The notes under the pieces: model-generated
The model's database searches: none
What the model saw: only the letters and a program-made list of their open reading frames with translations
What the model was told of the DNA's origin: nothing
Position numbers and translations under genes: made by a program
DNA from: an uncultured Actinomycetota bacterium
GTDB taxonomy: Bacteria > Actinomycetota > Actinomycetes > Propionibacteriales > Nocardioidaceae
DNA length: 64,000 bases
NCBI GenBank assembly: GCA_963781605.1
Contig: CAWAGO010000007.1
Span: forward strand, 70,597-134,596
Reading direction: 5' to 3'
Shown here: positions 21,088-30,497 of the stretch, piece after piece
Numbering within the stretch: the first letter of the stretch is position 1
Layout: every line of letters begins with the position of its first letter

Positions 21088-24000
21088 ATGGGCATCACCG
21101 TTCTCGGCCCGGTGACCGTGGACGGCTCGGGACGTCTGGGTCCGCGCGACCGCGTCGTACTCCAGGCTCTGGCCACGCGCCAGGGCCAGCCCGTGAGCTC
21201 CGAAGAACTCGTGGACGCCTTGTGGGGCGACCATCCCCCGGCATCGGCCGCCAAGAACCTGCAGTCCTGCGTGGTGCGGCTCCGTAAGGCCCTGGGGCCT
21301 GACGCGATCGAGACGACCTCCCACGGATACGCCCTGGTGGTGCCGTCGGCTCGCGTCGACGCTCAGGAGTTCGAGACGCAGGTGACGCGCGCCCGCGACC
21401 TGTTGCGGTGGGTGAGAGCGACCGGGTTGCCTTCCTTCTGGAGCAGGCACTCTCGCTTTGGCGGGGTCCCGCGTTCCCCGACCTTTCCGACTGGCCACCC
21501 GCCCGGCGAGAAGCAGGCCGACTCGACGAGCTGCGGCTCGAGGCGCAGGAGATGCAGGTCGATGCGATGTTGCGCAGCGGGCGGCCCCGGGAGGTGCTGG
21601 CGCAGGCGCACGCGATGGTGCGTGCCGCGCCGCTGCGCGAGCGCCGCTGGGAGCTCCTCGTCCTCGCGCAGTACCAGACCGGCGCCCAGGGCGAGGCTCT
21701 GCGTTCCCTGCGTCAGCTCCGTGCCGTCCTGACCCAGGAGCTCGGGGTCGACCCAGCTCCAGAGATGGTCGCCCTGGAGCAGTCGATCCTGAAGCAGGAC
21801 TCCAGCCTCCTTGTCCCTGAGCCCCGCGGGCGGACGGCGCAGTGCCCCTGGCAAGGTCTCAAGGCGTACGACGTAGGTGACGCCGAGCGGTTCTTCGGCC
21901 GCGACCGCGACGTGCAGTCGGGTCTGGACACGCTCGCAACGGCTCTTTTGTAGCCTTCGTCGGCCCCTCCGGCTCCGGCAAGTCCTCGATCATGCGCGCC
22001 GGCGTGCTAGCTGCCCTACGCGACCGCGGACACAGGATCGTGGTGATCACGCCAGGCCGTCGGCCGGTCGAGGCGCTGACCGCGTTACCTGGCAACGCCG
22101 ACGCTCGCACCGTGCTCGCCGTCGACCAGACGGAGGAAGTCTTCGCGCTGTGCGAGGACATCGAGGAACGTCGCGAGTTTCTCGAGCGGCTCGCCCAGGA
22201 AGCGGGTCGGCGGCCGGTCCTCCTGACCCTGCGCAGCGATCGCCTGGCGCAGGTCACCGAGCACGCCGGTTTCAGTCGCCTGGTCGAGCGCGGCCTGCAG
22301 CTCGTCGGCGCCCTGGACGAGGACGCTCTGCGCGCCGCCATCACCGGTCCAGCGCAGCAGGTCGGGCTGATCCTCGAACCTGGCCTCGTGGACCTGCTCG
22401 TCAGGGAGGTGAGCGACGATCCTGGTGCCCTGCCACTGCTATCACACGCCCTGCTCGAGACGTGGCTACGTCGCGAGGGCAACACCTTGACCGTCGACGG
22501 CTACCACGCCTCCGGAGAGATCCACGGTGCAGTGGCGCAGTCCGCCGAGCAGCTCTACGGCCGGGTGGACCCCGAGCAACGACACCTGTTGCGCGACCTC
22601 GTCCTGCGGCTGGTCTCACCCGGCGCCGCTGGTGAAGCGGTCCGCACCCAGGTCCCGCGCCGACTGATCGCGACCGACAGCCACCACGAGCAGCTGATCG
22701 GGATGCTCGTCGACGCGCGGCTGGTGACCAGCGACGAAGGGGTCCTCGAGATCACCCACGAGGCCATGGCCCGCGCCTGGCCCCGACTGCGCGGCTGGCT
22801 CGAGGACGACATCGAGGGCCAACGGATCCGCCACCACCTCAGCGGCGCGGCCGACGCCTGGGACACCCTCGGGCGCCCCGACAGCGAGCTCTACCGCGGT
22901 GTCCGACTGACCCGTGCGCTGGACTGGCAGTCCCGCACCGAGTCCGCACTCACCGACACCGAGCACGACTTCCTCGCCGCGGCCAAGGCGGCCTCCGACG
23001 CGGAGGAGCAGAGCGCCGCCGAGCGAGCACGTGCGCAGGCCCGGCTGATCCGCCGGCTCCGGATCGTGCTCAGCGGCGCCGCCGTGCTCTTGGTCCTAGC
23101 CCTTGTCGCCGGCGGTACCGCAGCCATCCAGTCCGAGCGCGCCGATCGCAACGCCGCGGAGTCTCGCGGCGCCGCGGAAGCCGCCCGCCAAGCTGCGGTC
23201 TCAGCCGATGCACGGCGGGTCGGAACCCGGGCCCAGCTCTCCGACGACATCAGCCTCTCGCTGCTGCTCGCGACCGCGGGTGTCCGTCTGGACGACTCGC
23301 CGGACACCCGCGCCAACCTGCTCGAAGTGCTGGCCAAGCAGCCGCTGCTGGTGCGGTCGGTGCCGCCCGAAGGTGACTACTTGGACATCATGGACGTGAG
23401 TCGCGACGGCCGCTGGATCGCCTCGGCAGACGGTCAGTACCGGATGCACCTCTATGACGCCTCGAACAACCAGCTGCTGCGCAGCTACGACGCGGGCCCA
23501 CCTCCTGAGGACGGGCAGGCGTTCATGATCGGCGGCGTTCAGCCCCGACAGCCGGCAGCTCGCCGTGATCCTGACTGGCCCCTCCACCGAGCCGGTGCGC
23601 TTGCTGGACCCGGACACCATGGAACGGGCAGCGAAGCTCGACTTTCCCGGCGGCAAGACGGTGTGGGGGGTCGACCTTCAGTTCAGCGCCGACGGTCGCC
23701 ACCTGGCCGCAACCGTGCACACCGGGCCGTGTCGAGGAGGAACTTGAGACACCCGGCTACGCACTGGTCTGGGACCTCCGATCTCCATCCAGCCCACCAG
23801 AGCGGGTGCCGACCGGCACCGCCTTTCAGTTGATGGCGCTCAGCCCGGATGGCCGAACCCTGTACACCAACTGGCCTCTGACGGCGTACGACGTGGCGAC
23901 GGGCAAGCGGATCTGGCGACGCGAGGAAGTCGACGTCGTTCCCGAGTCTCGAAGTCAACGCAGAGGGGACCCTGCTCGCACTTCCGGCAGGGTTCAGCCC

Positions 24001-25345
24001 CACGCAGAAGAACGCGCTCCTGGTCAATGCCTCCACTGGGGCGACGGTCCATACGCTGCGTGGACACTGGGCTGCCGACGACATTCGGTTTTCGCACGAC
24101 GGGACGCTCGTGGGGTCGGTCTCCAAGGATGGTGAGCTCATCGTCTGGAACGCCGCCACCGGCCGGCCGCTGGAACGCTGGGACACCTTCGACCCGTGGG
24201 GTGTCGGCTTCAGCCCGGACAATGACCTGGTTTACGGCGGCGGCGCCGACTCGATGCTCCGCACCTGGGACCTGTCCATGGACGGCACCTATCTGCAGCA
24301 GACGGACCCACGGTCGGCGACGCACGAGGAGTTCACCTACGCCGACGTCTCCCCGGACGGTCAACAGGTGGCCTATCGCTGGCTCGACGACAAAGGCACT
24401 GGATGGGTCAGGTTCGTCGACACCCTCACAAGGCGAAGCGACACCAGCGACCCGCGTTCCGGTAAGTGAAGGCGCGTTTCCCATCGGCACCTGGCATCCC
24501 GAGGGTGGACAATACGCCGCATTCTGCAGGGAGTGCGCGGGGTCCGGCATCGTCAGAGTCCTCGATTCCGCTACAGGCCAGCTGATCTCGGAACGGCGCA
24601 TGGCTGGGTGGCGACAATGAGCGTCTGGTCGCTGGCCTACGTCGACGAGGGTCGCAGCCTGCTTGTGGGTGACTCGGACGCGCCGGACCCGGATTGTCGA
24701 TGCCGAGACCCTTCGTACAGCGGGGGGACGCGTTCGACATTGCCCGCGGGCTGCTGCTCCACCCCGGTCGGGGACGGGAGCGCCGCGATGTTCTTCGAAT
24801 TTTCCAGCGACGGCACCTTCGAGCACTGGCGGGTGATCGACGTCAATACGGGAGAGGTCCAGTCCGAGGGGGACCTGGACCTGCGGGTGTATGCGTCCGC
24901 AGCCTCCCCCGACGGTTCGGCCGTGGCCGTCGCCGGAGACACCGGCGAGATCGTTGCGATCGACGTCGGGACCGGAGACGAAGAGCGGCGGTCCATCGGT
25001 CTCGGTGCCGAGGTGCTCTGGCTCAACTACTCCGACGACGGGGACCGGCTCGTCACTGGCGCGGCCGACGGCGGGGTCAGCCTCTGGGATGCCACCACCC
25101 TGGACCTGCTGGGCACCGTGTACCCACCCCACCGCGGGGATCCGGTTCCTGCTGGAGCGCAGTTCATCGGCGACAGCCACGACGTGGCCATCGCGTCGTA
25201 CGACGGCGGCGTCTACCGGTGGGAGACCGACCCCGATCGAACCGTCGACTTCGCCTGCCAGATGGCCGGCCGGAGCCTGACCGAGGACGAGTGGGCGGAG
25301 TTCCTGCCCACCCAGCCCTACCGGGAGGTGTGCCCCGAGCTCTAG
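21088..25345 (+). pseudogene. SARP-family (wHTH+BTAD) - STAND NTPase - TM - WD40 protein of ~1400 aa, interrupted by about 9 single-base frameshifts (real decay or sequence error)
   Basis: AGGAGG SD; VLGPV...LVDALWG..PP.SA.KNLQ..VVRLRK (wHTH); APLRERRWELLVLAQY..G.QGEAL (BTAD); CPWQGLKAY; VGPSGSGKSS at 21962; VLAVDQTEEVF; PGALPLLSHALLETW; HEAMARAWPRL; TM RIVLSGAAVLLVLALVAGG; repeated SPDG/VWD/LWD blades; terminal ACQMAGRSLTEDEWAEFLP. Confidence 0.88.
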
Positions 25346-25555
25346 CCGAAAGCTCGGTTGCGGATCTGGAGCCGGGGACGCATCGATAGTCCCCATGCTG
25401 TCCGCTGCGCCTCGCAAGGGGGCTAAGACCAGCGTCCGCTGAGCTGGGCCTGCTGACTGGACTTCCGTGATGACATAGTGGTGCAGCGGGGCGTCATGGG
25501 CGACAAAGTGAACGACTTCGACCGGGTCGCCGCGCTGCACTTTGACGCGTTCGCA

Positions 25556-25585
25556 TCAGCTGCGGCAGGATTCAGCCGCAGCTGA
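25556..25585. terminator. Perfect 11-bp hairpin between convergent genes
   Basis: TCAGCTGCGGC-AGGATTCA-GCCGCAGCTGA; no clear U-tract. Confidence 0.45.
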
Positions 25586-25809
25586 CTGATAATTGCTAAG
25601 CACTCCCGCGCGACGCTCGAGATGCGTCTACCCGCCTGTCGGTTCCACTCATAGCCGATGAGAGGACGTCCGGCGCAGCGGAACGGGGAGCCCCCGACCT
25701 GCCCTTCCCCATGGCTACCCGGCCTGCTACGGGCTTGGCCTCGCCCAGAAGACCACCGACATTCCGGGCAGCATCAGGACCGGCGCCCCAAGCACGCAGC
25801 GGATCCGGG

Positions 25810-26322
25810 TCATGGGCGGGCCACCACCGGCCAGCGCGCAAAGAGCTCGCGGCCACCGACTGCTAGGAACGCCGCGAGCGTCCAGAGTCCGACCGAGATC
25901 GACAGGTAGTGGGCACCGTCGTACAGGTTGTGATGGTCAGGGTCACCGACCGCGTATGCGATAAAAGGCAGAGCCGCGAACCAGAGCGCAGCGAGGACCG
26001 GAGCCAACCAGATCGGCCGCCGGTGAGCGAGCGCCCACCCTCCGACAAGCGCGCTGAGAAGAAACACCCCGAGGCCCATCGGGGCTCCCAAGAACGGAAC
26101 CGCGAGGAGGGCCGCAAGCCGCCAGAGCTTGGAGCGGCCGGTTAGGCGCGCGCCTCGTACCAGTCCCAGCCCCAGCCCGCCGATCGCGGCACTGACGATG
26201 ATCGCTAGCGTGCCGGACCAGCTGAACGCCTCCGGATAGACGACGATCAGTCGCATCCACAGCCGCGCGAGCGCGCCGACCCAGGCACCCAGCAAGAGCC
26301 CGAGCGTGCCCCAGGCGAGCAC
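25810..26322 (-). CDS. Hypothetical integral membrane protein (about 5-6 TM); upstream SD and ATG separated from it by an in-frame TGA
   Basis: Very hydrophobic 170-aa ORF; GGAGG-ATGATG at 26355 is in frame but stops at TGA 26328-26326. Confidence 0.7.
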   Translation of the reverse strand: MLAWGTLGLLLGAWVGALARLWMRLIVVYPEAFSWSGTLAIIVSAAIGGLGLGLVRGARLTGRSKLWRLAALLAVPFLGAPMGLGVFLLSALVGGWALAHRRPIWLAPVLAALWFAALPFIAYAVGDPDHHNLYDGAHYLSISVGLWTLAAFLAVGGRELFARWPVVARP

Positions 26323-26559
26323 GGGTCAGGCCACCAGCGCTGGCGCGGACATCATGGCCTCCGACGCGATCGTCGAGAAAGTTGAACTCCTGTGTGGAGC
26401 GGGATAGACGCCGAGTGTGAGGACGGCGACCATACGACATTGTCAGCGTCGGCGACGAGTGCAGGCAAGCGATAGGCGTCGGGGCAATGTCAGCACTCAC
26501 ATGCTTGTTGGGAACGTGATCCGCACCGTGCGGAGGTGTCCCATTTCGCCGCTTATGAC

Positions 26560-28032
26560 CTACCCGGCCCATTCCACCCTGGGTCCGCAGTACATCTCCA
26601 CTCCCTTCGGGGCGGTGACCATGATCTCGGCCTCGGACGGGTCGAGCCGGCGAGTGCCGTCCTGGTCGACCAGATAGACCAAGCCATGCGGGGTCTGCCA
26701 GAGGTGGCGGCCTGGCCCGGCCATGCGCGTGCGATAGCCCCCGTGGGTCTTCCAGCGGTGATGTCGTCGTCGGAGTGGCCCAGAGTTGTGGGTGCCAGTC
26801 TGGCCAGGTGGACCGTTCGGATCGTAGGGCACGGCGTGATCGAAGTCGACTCCGGCGCGGGTCGCTGTTCGCGGAGAGAACGGGAAGCAGTCGCCACCAC
26901 TCAGGGTCCACACCTGGTCCTTGACGATCTCGGGGTGCTCGTAGGCGTCGGATCGCGGTCGCAGCCGATGGTCGACCACCGGAGTGACGGTGACATCGGC
27001 GTGACCCAGGAGCTCGGCCAGCTGGGCGACCTGAATCGGCCCCACGCCCTCGACGCGGGCCACGCCACGGCCAGTGCGCAGCGCTTCATCGGTGATATGC
27101 AAAAACAACTGGCCGCGCCCGCGCAGGGACGCCAGCTGGCGAGCCGACATCGTGGCGAGCCGTTTCGTCGTATCTGCCAGGTGTGGCGGCGCCCACGCTG
27201 GTGCCGACGGGTGGCCGCTCTCGTCTCGGGCCCCCTTCTCGTTCTCGTCGTCGGTCGGGGTCACGGTGTGTTCCAACAGCAACTGCAGCAGGTCAGCGGG
27301 GCGCGCCAGCCAGCCCATCGCCTCCGAGCGAAGCTCGTCGCGGTTGTTGTCGTGCCCGCGGGTCGGCAACAAGATGTCGGCCACGTGGTCGACCATCGCG
27401 TCGATCCACGCGGCGTCGCCGGCGGTGACGCGGGCGATGACATGGCGGTAGCCGAACTCATCCGCGCGGGAGAGCGAGACATAGCGTTGGTGACGGGACA
27501 GCTCCCGCTTGTTCGCGTGCGTGACCGGATCGGCCTCGACCACCTTGCCCCGGACGATCTCGAGGACGGTGGCCGGAGCGTGCCGACCGATTGCCCGCGC
27601 CACCGCGCGATCGACGAGCCCGATCCGCTCGGCCGGGAGCTCCCTCGACAGCACCGCCGCCTTGCGTGCCACCCACGGCTCACACTCCCCCGCACGCACT
27701 CTGGCCCAGGTGCGAGGAAGGCGGTGCACCAGATCGAGCGCGTCGGCAATCAACGCCCGGGTGGTCAGTGCATGGGTCTCGCGTGCCATCGCCAGCTCGG
27801 GTATGGCGTACTCGCGCAACTCGGGTGTGCCCTCGCCCCCCGGCGAGACCATCGGGTCGCGCCCGTGGTCGGGGTGGCCGTGGATGACCGCCCACTGAAC
27901 CGCCAACTCAAGCTCGGCCACTTCAGCGAGCCGACGGGCCCGCAACGCCACCTCGGCCGCCGTCAGAAGCCCCCGGGCGGACAGCTCGTCGACCACTCCG
28001 GTCGGACTAGCTTCAAGGGGTGCTGCGGTCAT
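26560..28032 (-). CDS. DUF222-type / HNH endonuclease-signature protein
   Basis: N-terminal helical region (LDLVHRLPRTWARV...WVARKAA) and C-terminal DFDHAVPY...TGTHN.GPLRRRHHRWKTH...LWQTPHG. Confidence 0.85.
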   Translation of the reverse strand: MTAAPLEASPTGVVDELSARGLLTAAEVALRARRLAEVAELELAVQWAVIHGHPDHGRDPMVSPGGEGTPELREYAIPELAMARETHALTTRALIADALDLVHRLPRTWARVRAGECEPWVARKAAVLSRELPAERIGLVDRAVARAIGRHAPATVLEIVRGKVVEADPVTHANKRELSRHQRYVSLSRADEFGYRHVIARVTAGDAAWIDAMVDHVADILLPTRGHDNNRDELRSEAMGWLARPADLLQLLLEHTVTPTDDENEKGARDESGHPSAPAWAPPHLADTTKRLATMSARQLASLRGRGQLFLHITDEALRTGRGVARVEGVGPIQVAQLAELLGHADVTVTPVVDHRLRPRSDAYEHPEIVKDQVWTLSGGDCFPFSPRTATRAGVDFDHAVPYDPNGPPGQTGTHNSGPLRRRHHRWKTHGGYRTRMAGPGRHLWQTPHGLVYLVDQDGTRRLDPSEAEIMVTAPKGVEMYCGPRVEWAG

Positions 28033-28037
28033 GCCTC

Positions 28038-28059
28038 ATTCTATCGAACACCTGTTCGA
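28038..28059 (-). promoter_or_regulatory. LexA (SOS) box directly upstream of a TAGAAT -10 element of a leaderless promoter
   Basis: Perfect TCGAAC-N4-GTTCGA at 28044-28059; minus-strand TAGAAT at 28043-28038, 5 nt before ATG 28032. Confidence 0.85.
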
Positions 28060-28111
28060 CACGCAAGCGCCATCCGCACCCTGTGGAGCCTCCCGAAGTA
28101 GCGCCCGGCGG

Positions 28112-28173
28112 ACTCCGATTCGTCTGCGCCGCTGAGCGTGAAAAAACCCGTTAACCCGCAGACGAATCGGAGT
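28112..28173. repeat. Perfect 17-bp inverted repeat with a 28-nt spacer, overlapping the hisH 3' end
   Basis: ACTCCGATTCGTCTGCG (28112-28128) and CGCAGACGAATCGGAGT (28157-28173). Confidence 0.85.
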
Positions 28174-28825
28174 GGGGGCCGGGTCGGAGCAGCGTGGCCA
28201 CCCAGTTGCGCAGGAGGACCGCGCCGGCGTCGCCGGACTTCTCCGGGTGGAACTGGGTGGCGGTCAACGGGCCGTTCTCGACTGCCGCGACGAAGCGATC
28301 ACCGCCGTGTTCGGCCCATGTCACCAGCGGCGCCCGGGTGCGGGTGGTCTGCAGCGTCCATTCGCGCACGGCGTAGGAGTGCACGAAGTAGAAGCGTTGG
28401 TCCTCTACCCCGGCGAACAACGTCGATCCGCTCGGGACCTGCACGGTGTTCCAGCCCATATGCGGCACGACCGGCGCGTGGATCCGCTCGACGGTTCCGG
28501 GCCATTCGCCGCAACCCTCGGTGGTGACGCCGTGTTCGACGCCGTACTCGAACAGTGTCTGCATGCCCACACAGATGCCCAGCACCGGTCGCCCGCCGGC
28601 GAGCCGCCGGCCGATCACCTCGGGCCCGTGCACCGACGCCAGCCCCGCCATGCAGGCCGCGAAGGCCCCGACCCCGGGGACGACCAGTCCGTCAGCCTCA
28701 CTCGCCGCACGACGATCCGCGGTGAGAGTGACCTCGGCTCCGGCCCGTTCGAGGGCCCGGACAGCCGATCGGAGGTTGCCGGAGCCGTAATCGAGCACGA
28801 CCACCCGCGGCGCCCCTGAGGTCAC
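28151..28825 (-). CDS. hisH: Imidazole glycerol phosphate synthase glutaminase subunit
   Basis: DYGSGNL, PGVGAF, GICVGMQ, YFVHSY, QFHPEKS. Confidence 0.98.
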   Translation of the reverse strand: MTSGAPRVVVLDYGSGNLRSAVRALERAGAEVTLTADRRAASEADGLVVPGVGAFAACMAGLASVHGPEVIGRRLAGGRPVLGICVGMQTLFEYGVEHGVTTEGCGEWPGTVERIHAPVVPHMGWNTVQVPSGSTLFAGVEDQRFYFVHSYAVREWTLQTTRTRAPLVTWAEHGGDRFVAAVENGPLTATQFHPEKSGDAGAVLLRNWVATLLRPGPHSDSSAG

Positions 28826-29421
28826 AAAGCGCCCTTCGTGGAGGGCACTCCGCCTTCTCGCGGGTCCACGGCCGCGGCGTCGCGGAAGGCGCGGGCGAAG
28901 GCCTTGAACTGGGCCTCGACCAAGTGGTGCGGGTCGCGCCCTGACAACACCCGAACGTGGAGCGCGATCTGTGCGTGGAACGCGATCGTCTCGAAGACGT
29001 GGCGGGTCAGCGACCCTTGGTAATCGCCGCCGATGGCGACGTAGATCTGCCCTTCGGGCTCGCCCGTGTGGACGCAGTAGGGCCGCCCGGAGAGGTCGAC
29101 GACGGCCTGCACGAGTGCCTCGTCGAGCGGCACGGTCGCGTCACCGAAGCGTCGGATCCCTTGCTTGTCGCCGAGCGCTTCACGCAACGCCTGACCGAGC
29201 ACGATCGCGGTGTCCTCGACCGAGTGGTGAGCGTCGATGTGGGTGTCGCCTTCGGTGCGAACGACCAGGTCGACCAGCGAGTGACGCGCGAACGCGTTGA
29301 GCATGTGGTCGAAGAACCCGACTCCTGTCGCGACCTCGCCGCGGCCGGTGCCGTCGAGGTCGACCTCGACATGGACGCTGGACTCTTTGGTCGACCGGTC
29401 CAGGATTGCCCTGCGGCTCAT
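28822..29421 (-). CDS. hisB: Imidazoleglycerol-phosphate dehydratase
   Basis: [30 protein letters not shown]; ATGA overlap with the hisC stop. Confidence 0.98.
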   Translation of the reverse strand: MSRRAILDRSTKESSVHVEVDLDGTGRGEVATGVGFFDHMLNAFARHSLVDLVVRTEGDTHIDAHHSVEDTAIVLGQALREALGDKQGIRRFGDATVPLDEALVQAVVDLSGRPYCVHTGEPEGQIYVAIGGDYQGSLTRHVFETIAFHAQIALHVRVLSGRDPHHLVEAQFKAFARAFRDAAAVDPREGGVPSTKGAL

Positions 29422-30497
29422 GCGGTTTCCTCCATCACCTCGGTGAGCGCGTCTTTGAACGCATCCATCTCCTGCGCGGTGCCGATCGAGACCCGCAGCC
29501 ACTCCTCCGGCCCGGTCTCGCGAATCAACACGCCGCGGTCGAGCAGACCCTGCCAGATAGCGCGCCGATCAGCGAACCGGCCGAACAAACAGAAGTTGGC
29601 ATCGGTGTCGGCCACCTCCAGCCCCCGCGCTCGCAGCCAGGCAACGGTGGCGTCCCGCTCGGCGCGCAGATCGTCGACACGCGCCAGCAACTCGCTCGCA
29701 TGCCGGAGTGCAGCCACGGCGGTGGCCTGGGTGACCGCAGACAAGTGGTAGGGCAGTCGCACGACGCGAAGGGCGTCGCAGATCTCGGGAGCGGCGGCGA
29801 GGTAGCCCAACCGGGCGCCGGCCAACGCGAACGCCTTGCTCATCGTCCTCGAGACCACCAGGTTGCGGTGCCGCGGCAACAGGGTCAGCGCCGACGGCGT
29901 ACCGGCGCGGCGGAATTCGCCATACGCCTCATCGACCACGACGATCGCGTCGCCAGCGGCTTCGCACAGAACCGTGACCAGCTCGAGCGGCAGTGCGGTA
30001 CCGGTGGGATTGTTGGGCGACGCCACCAACACCACCGAGGGGCGGACCTCGCCGATCAACCGCTCGGCCACGTCAGGATCGAGCGAGAAGTCCTCGGCTC
30101 GGCGTCCGACCACCCATTCGGTCAGCGCGTTCCGGGCGTATTCGGGGTACATCGAGTAGGTCGGGGCGAAGCTCAACGCCGAGCGTCCCGGCCCGCCGAA
30201 CGCCTGCAGCAACTGCGCCATGACCTCGTTGGAGCCGTTGGCCGCCCAGACCATGTCGGGGGTCACCCCGTGGCCGAGATAACCGGCCAGGGCGCAGCGC
30301 AGGTCGACGAACTCGCGATCGGGATAGCGGTTGAGGCCGGTTGCGGCGACCGCGACCGATGCCGCGATGTCCGCCACTACTGCCGGCGACGGAGGGTACG
30401 GGTTCTCGTTGACGTTGAGCTGGACCGGGACGTCGAGCTGAGGCGCACCGTAGGGCGCCACACCGCGCAGATCGTCCCGCAGCGGCGGGAAGGTCAT
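29418..30497 (-). CDS. hisC: Histidinol-phosphate aminotransferase
   Basis: [45 protein letters not shown]. Confidence 0.98.
   Translation of the reverse strand: MTFPPLRDDLRGVAPYGAPQLDVPVQLNVNENPYPPSPAVVADIAASVAVAATGLNRYPDREFVDLRCALAGYLGHGVTPDMVWAANGSNEVMAQLLQAFGGPGRSALSFAPTYSMYPEYARNALTEWVVGRRAEDFSLDPDVAERLIGEVRPSVVLVASPNNPTGTALPLELVTVLCEAAGDAIVVVDEAYGEFRRAGTPSALTLLPRHRNLVVSRTMSKAFALAGARLGYLAAAPEICDALRVVRLPYHLSAVTQATAVAALRHASELLARVDDLRAERDATVAWLRARGLEVADTDANFCLFGRFADRRAIWQGLLDRGVLIRETGPEEWLRVSIGTAQEMDAFKDALTEVMEETA

Noticed and set aside
21088-25345. Calling the STAND protein an Avs-type antiphage system
   Set aside because: The N-terminal effector is a SARP DNA-binding/BTAD module, not a nuclease, protease or SIR2/TIR domain, and no defence genes are adjacent; a regulatory role is better supported, though defence is not formally excluded
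23840-25540. 566-aa minus-strand ORF overlapping the WD40 region
   Set aside because: Mostly the antisense of the WD40 coding sequence; only the first ~60 codons lie outside it and they cannot be assigned
26536-28101. 521-aa plus-strand ORF over the HNH gene
   Set aside because: Antisense shadow; the minus-strand gene has the motifs and the promoter
20257-28150. Prophage, ICE or IS interpretation of the accessory block
   Set aside because: No integrase, transposase, phage or conjugation genes, and no matching direct repeats at the two ends
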